This document shows, one piece after another, positions 60,329 through 64,000 of a stretch of DNA of 64,000 bases; position 1 is the stretch's first letter; each line of letters opens with the position of its first letter. The notes below the pieces were generated by a model. The model made no database searches. It saw nothing but the letters and a program-made list of their open reading frames with translations, and had not been told where the DNA came from. This stretch comes from an uncultured Verrucomicrobiae bacterium (lineage in GTDB: Bacteria > Verrucomicrobiota > Verrucomicrobiia > Chthoniobacterales > UBA10450). The stretch spans positions 320,001 through 384,000 of the forward strand of contig CAWFGO010000002.1 of the NCBI GenBank assembly GCA_963815455.1, read 5' to 3'. The translations under genes and the position numbers were made by a program.

Positions 60329-63239
60329 ATGACCTCGACGCAGCAAAGCAGAATCGCCGCCACCGGTTCCGACGTGCGGTTCGATGATCTGACCCGGCAA
60401 CTTTACGCGACCGACGCGTCGATTTATCAGATCAAACCGGCGGGCGTTGCTTTTCCCCGCAGCCCGCAAGAAGCGAGCGCAATCATTCGAGCGGCAGCCG
60501 ATGCTGGTGTTGCGGTTACGCCGCGCGGGGCGGGCACGAGCCTGGTTGGAAATGCAATCGGTGACGGCTTGATCGTCGAGTTTTCGCGGTACAATCGGCA
60601 GATCGCCGGCCTCAACATCGACAATCGCACGGTGCGGGTCGGCGCCGGTGTGGTGCTGGATCAGTTAAATGCGTTTCTCCGCCCGCACGGATTCTGTTTC
60701 GGCCCCGATGTCGCAACCAGCGCACGCGCGACGCTGGGCGGAATGATTGCCAACAATTCCTCCGGCGCCCGGGTCCCGATTTACGGAACAACGGCCGATC
60801 ACGTTGTCTCGCTCGAAATCGTGATGGCCGATGGACGGATTGCGACCGTAGCGGCGTCGCTCGAAACCGAGCGGCAACAAATTCTCGGCATTGTTCGGGA
60901 GCATTCGGCCGCCATGGCCCAGCGCTGGCCGCCGGGTTTGCTCAAGCGATGGCCCGGTTACGGCATCGAACGTTTTCTGCGCGCGCCGAACGATCTCACC
61001 AATATTCTCGCGGGAAGCGAAGGCACGCTCGCCGCAATTTTTTCCGCCGAGCTAAAAATCTCGCCGTTGCCGCACGAAAAGGGACTCGGGCTGATCTTTT
61101 TCGCGTCTATCGGCGAGGCGATGCAAGCCACAGTCGAGCTTCTCGATCTTAAACCGGCTGCGATCGAGCACATTGATCGTCCGCTGCTCAATCAAACAAA
61201 GGGACAACTTCTGTTTCAACCGGCTCGCGATTTGTTGGAACTGGACACGAACCCATGCGAATCGATCCTGCTCGTCGAATTCTACCACGATGTGACCGAG
61301 CGATTGTCGATCCTGCAATCGAGAAAACTGGGATTGCGCACGAAAATCCTGACCGACCCGGCCCAGATGGAGCTGGCCTGGTCGGTGCGTAAAGCGGGCT
61401 TGTCGCTTCTGACCGGGTGCGTCGGGCCGGCCAAACCAGTCGCGTTCATCGAGGATGCCGCCGTCCGTCCCGCGCAGTTGCCTGATTACGTGCGCGGGCT
61501 TGCAATCGATCATGAAACCGCTCGGCCTCGAAGCCAGCTACTATGGCCATGCCGCCAGCGGATTGTTGCACGTGCGGCCGGTTCTCGATCTGCACGATGC
61601 CAACGATCGGAAAAAGCTTCGGCAAGTCGCGGATCAAACTTCGGCGCTGGTCCGGCAATTCAAGGGCTCGCTTTCAGCCGAGCACGGCGTCGGCATCGCT
61701 CGCACCGAATACATGCGCGAACAACTGGGCGACGAGCTGCTCGGAGTCATGCGCGAGATCAAGCGGACGTTCGATCCGAAAAACATTTTTAATCCCGGAA
61801 AGATTTTCAGCGTATTGGGGCCGCATGAGCGTCAGCACAGGATCGACAATTTCCTGCGCGAAAATTTCACGCGCCGATCGAGCTGCCATTCGAGCCGCGC
61901 CTGGCGTTTGCGTTTAAAGACGGCTCGTTCATCGGCAACCTGGAGCAATGCAACGGGTGCGGCGGCTGCCGCAAAGATGCGCCAACGATGTGCCCAACAT
62001 TCCTCGCCACCGGCGAAGAGATCATGTCCACGCGCGGACGGGCCAACATCATCCGGGCCGCCTTGGAACTGCGAGTAAACGGTCACGACCCGCTCAAATC
62101 GGCGGAGTTGGATGCGGCGCTGAGCAATTGTCTCTCCTGCAAGGGATGCACTCCGGAATGCCCATCCAACGTGAATCTGGCGTTGCTGAAAGCCGAGATG
62201 ATGTACGCGCGACATCGACGCGACGGTTTGCCATTGCGCGAACGAATTCTGAGCAATGTCGATCTTCTCGGGCGCATCGGGTGCGCGATGCCGTCGCTGG
62301 CAAATGCGATTGTCGATCTCAAACCGATGCGGCTACTGATGGAAAAGACAATCGGGATTTCGGCGAAACGGTCGTTGCCGCATTATGCGCAAGAGCGATT
62401 CGATCGCTGGTTTGCGAGGCGCACACCGGAGGGCCCTGCTTCCGCAGGGCCAGGACGCGCGGAAGCGCGTCCCTCCGATAGAAGAGGCAGAGTCATTCTC
62501 TGGGACGATACGTTCGTTCGTTACCACGAACCGCACATCGGAATCGCGGCGGTCAAAGTGCTCGAAGCACTCGGATTCGAGGTCGAGCTAATTCAAAATC
62601 GTCGATGCTGCGGACGTCCGGCATTTAGCCAAGGAAACCTGGATGCCGCAGCGGAGCTTGGAAAACACAATGTCGATCTTCTGAGTAATGTCAGTCCGGT
62701 CGAAGACTCGCGGTGGCGAGTTCGGACCTCGACCTCTCAATCGGCTCCGATCCTTTTTCTCGAGCCATCATGCTATTCGATGTTCGTGGAAGATTATCGC
62801 GAGTTGAAGATCGAAAACGCCGAGGAGGTGGCGAAGCGCTGTTTTCTTTTCGAGAAATTCGTGGATGATCTGCTGGTGCGCGAACCGGATGCGTTCCGAT
62901 TCAAACATCGCGGAGGCGAACGTCGCGATCCATGCGCATTGCCACGCCAAGTCGCTGATGAATCCGGCATTCATGTCACGATTGGCCGAGCGATTGCCCG
63001 GACGAAAAGCGACCGTGCTCGACACCGGCTGTTGCGGAATGGCCGGCGCGTTCGGCGCGCTGACGGAGAAATACGATTTATCTCTTCAAGTAGCCGCGCA
63101 CATGATCGACAAGATCGACAATCAACCACCAGGGACAGAGATCGTCGCTTCGGGAACAAGTTGCCGGCATCAGATTGTCGATCTTACCAACACGCGGCCC
63201 AAACACATGGCCGAGTTGTTAGCGGAAGCGATCGATTAG
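60329..63239 (+). CDS. FAD-binding and Fe-S-binding oxidoreductase (GlcD/GlcF-like fusion), frameshifted
   Basis: YATDAS, RGAGTSL, GGMIANNS, GSEGTL, GHA, AEHGVG and NPGK motifs; CNGCGGC, CLSCKGCTPECP and two CCG domains. Confidence 0.88.
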
Positions 63240-63392
63240 CCCTTCGGCTTCGCCGCGCTTTGACCCTTTGCCCACTGTCCGTCAAATCAATGCAATTCTA
63301 CTCTGACCCCTATTCATTCTACGCAACGGCACAGAGCATATAGCGCGTCGTTAGCCGAAGCGATAGCAACCATCACATGAGCAACCAAGTCA

Positions 63393-63592
63393 TGTTATCC
63401 CGAAGTGCAACAAGGGATCTAACAGGCGATACGCGGGGTGGTTCGCGGGGTTCTTCGCTGCGCTCAGAATGACAGCCCAATGGCTTTTTTTAATCAACCG
63501 ACTTTCCTGACTGGCAAGGCTCGACGACAAGGCGGAAGTAATGAGGTTCCTCCCGCCACGGCGGGCAAGCTGTTGCTTCGCTCGGGATGACA
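63393..63592. repeat. Cluster of TGTCAT-family REP arms
   Basis: TGTTATCCCGAAG...GGGATCT, TTCTTCGCTGCGCTCAGAATGACA and CTTCGCTCGGGATGACA. Confidence 0.75.
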
Positions 63593-63601
63593 AAAGGGGC
63601 G

Positions 63602-64000
63602 CTACTTCTTCGGAGATTCGGCGGGTTTTGCGGCTTCGCCGGGTTTTGCCGGAGCTGCTTCGCCGCCGGGAAGATCTTCATCGGGAGCGGCCAAGAGGTC
63701 ATGCTCGACGAATGATTCCGGATGATTGGCCAGCTCTTTGCGTAAAGCAGCGATTTGTTCGGCGGTGACGGGACTGGCGTTGTTCCCCCACTCGCTCCGT
63801 TCGTAGGTCATCACATCGGCAATTTTTTGGTCGGTCAAAGTTTTATCCCACGGCTGCATCACCGCGCTGCCGTACTGCTGACCCTTGACCGTAACCGGGC
63901 CTTGCAACCCTTTGAGGACAATCATCGCCATACGCCGGGAGCCGCCAATGGTGAACTCCGAGCCGGCCAGCGGCGGATATTGGCCGGCGATGCCGAGCCC
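63602..64000 (-). CDS. c-type cytochrome, C-terminal part (5' end outside the window)
   Basis: G.GIAGQYPPLAGSE, IVLKGLQGP, the axial Met region (VMQPW) and LTDQKIADVMTY.R..WGN. The CxxCH motif is not inside the window. Confidence 0.8.
   Translation of the reverse strand, partial: GLGIAGQYPPLAGSEFTIGGSRRMAMIVLKGLQGPVTVKGQQYGSAVMQPWDKTLTDQKIADVMTYERSEWGNNASPVTAEQIAALRKELANHPESFVEHDLLAAPDEDLPGGEAAPAKPGEAAKPAESPKK

Noticed and set aside
63390..63702. Small ORFs 63390..63593 and 63490..63702
   Set aside because: They are translations of REP arms (VILSAAKNP, VIPSEA) and lack coupling or other coding evidence.

Overview
This is bacterial chromosomal DNA of about 60% GC. Gene content points to Verrucomicrobiota, probably Chthoniobacterales/Spartobacteria-like (inference from the murC-murB fusion, Verru_Chthon-type pilins, an Amuc_1102-like gene and a dockerin-type tail). 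From left to right: (1) a complete dcw cluster on the minus strand (mraZ-rsmH-ftsL-ftsI-murE-murF-mraY-murD-LysM-ftsW-murG-murC/B-ddl-ftsQ-ftsA-ftsZ), broken by many single-base frameshifts that are most likely long-read errors; (2) exbB-exbD-tonB-like, a Zn-ribbon gene, guaB3 and fabF; (3) a compact five-gene operon of TPR/T2SSE_N protein, PilB ATPase, a 715-aa repeat+roadblock protein, MglA GTPase and MglB, transcribed divergently from a FimU/PilV/PilW/giant-PilX-like minor-pilin cassette with an Amuc_1102-like gene; (4) a Phd-PIN toxin-antitoxin pair, xerD-like recombinase, an orphan nuoA, glycosyltransferases and rmlA; (5) a second pilin cassette whose large subunit has an HpsA-like C-terminus; (6) an A1-type cytochrome c oxidase operon in unusual order, then dinB, a FAD/Fe-S oxidoreductase and a partial cytochrome c. 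The best candidate for an undescribed system is the MglA/MglB-PilB-pilin locus, a possible Myxococcus-like polarity switch wired directly to type IV pili. A second notable theme is REP-like palindromes translated in frame inside proteins, including MurE. No tRNA, rRNA, CRISPR array or transposase was seen. Coordinates of frameshifted genes are approximate.
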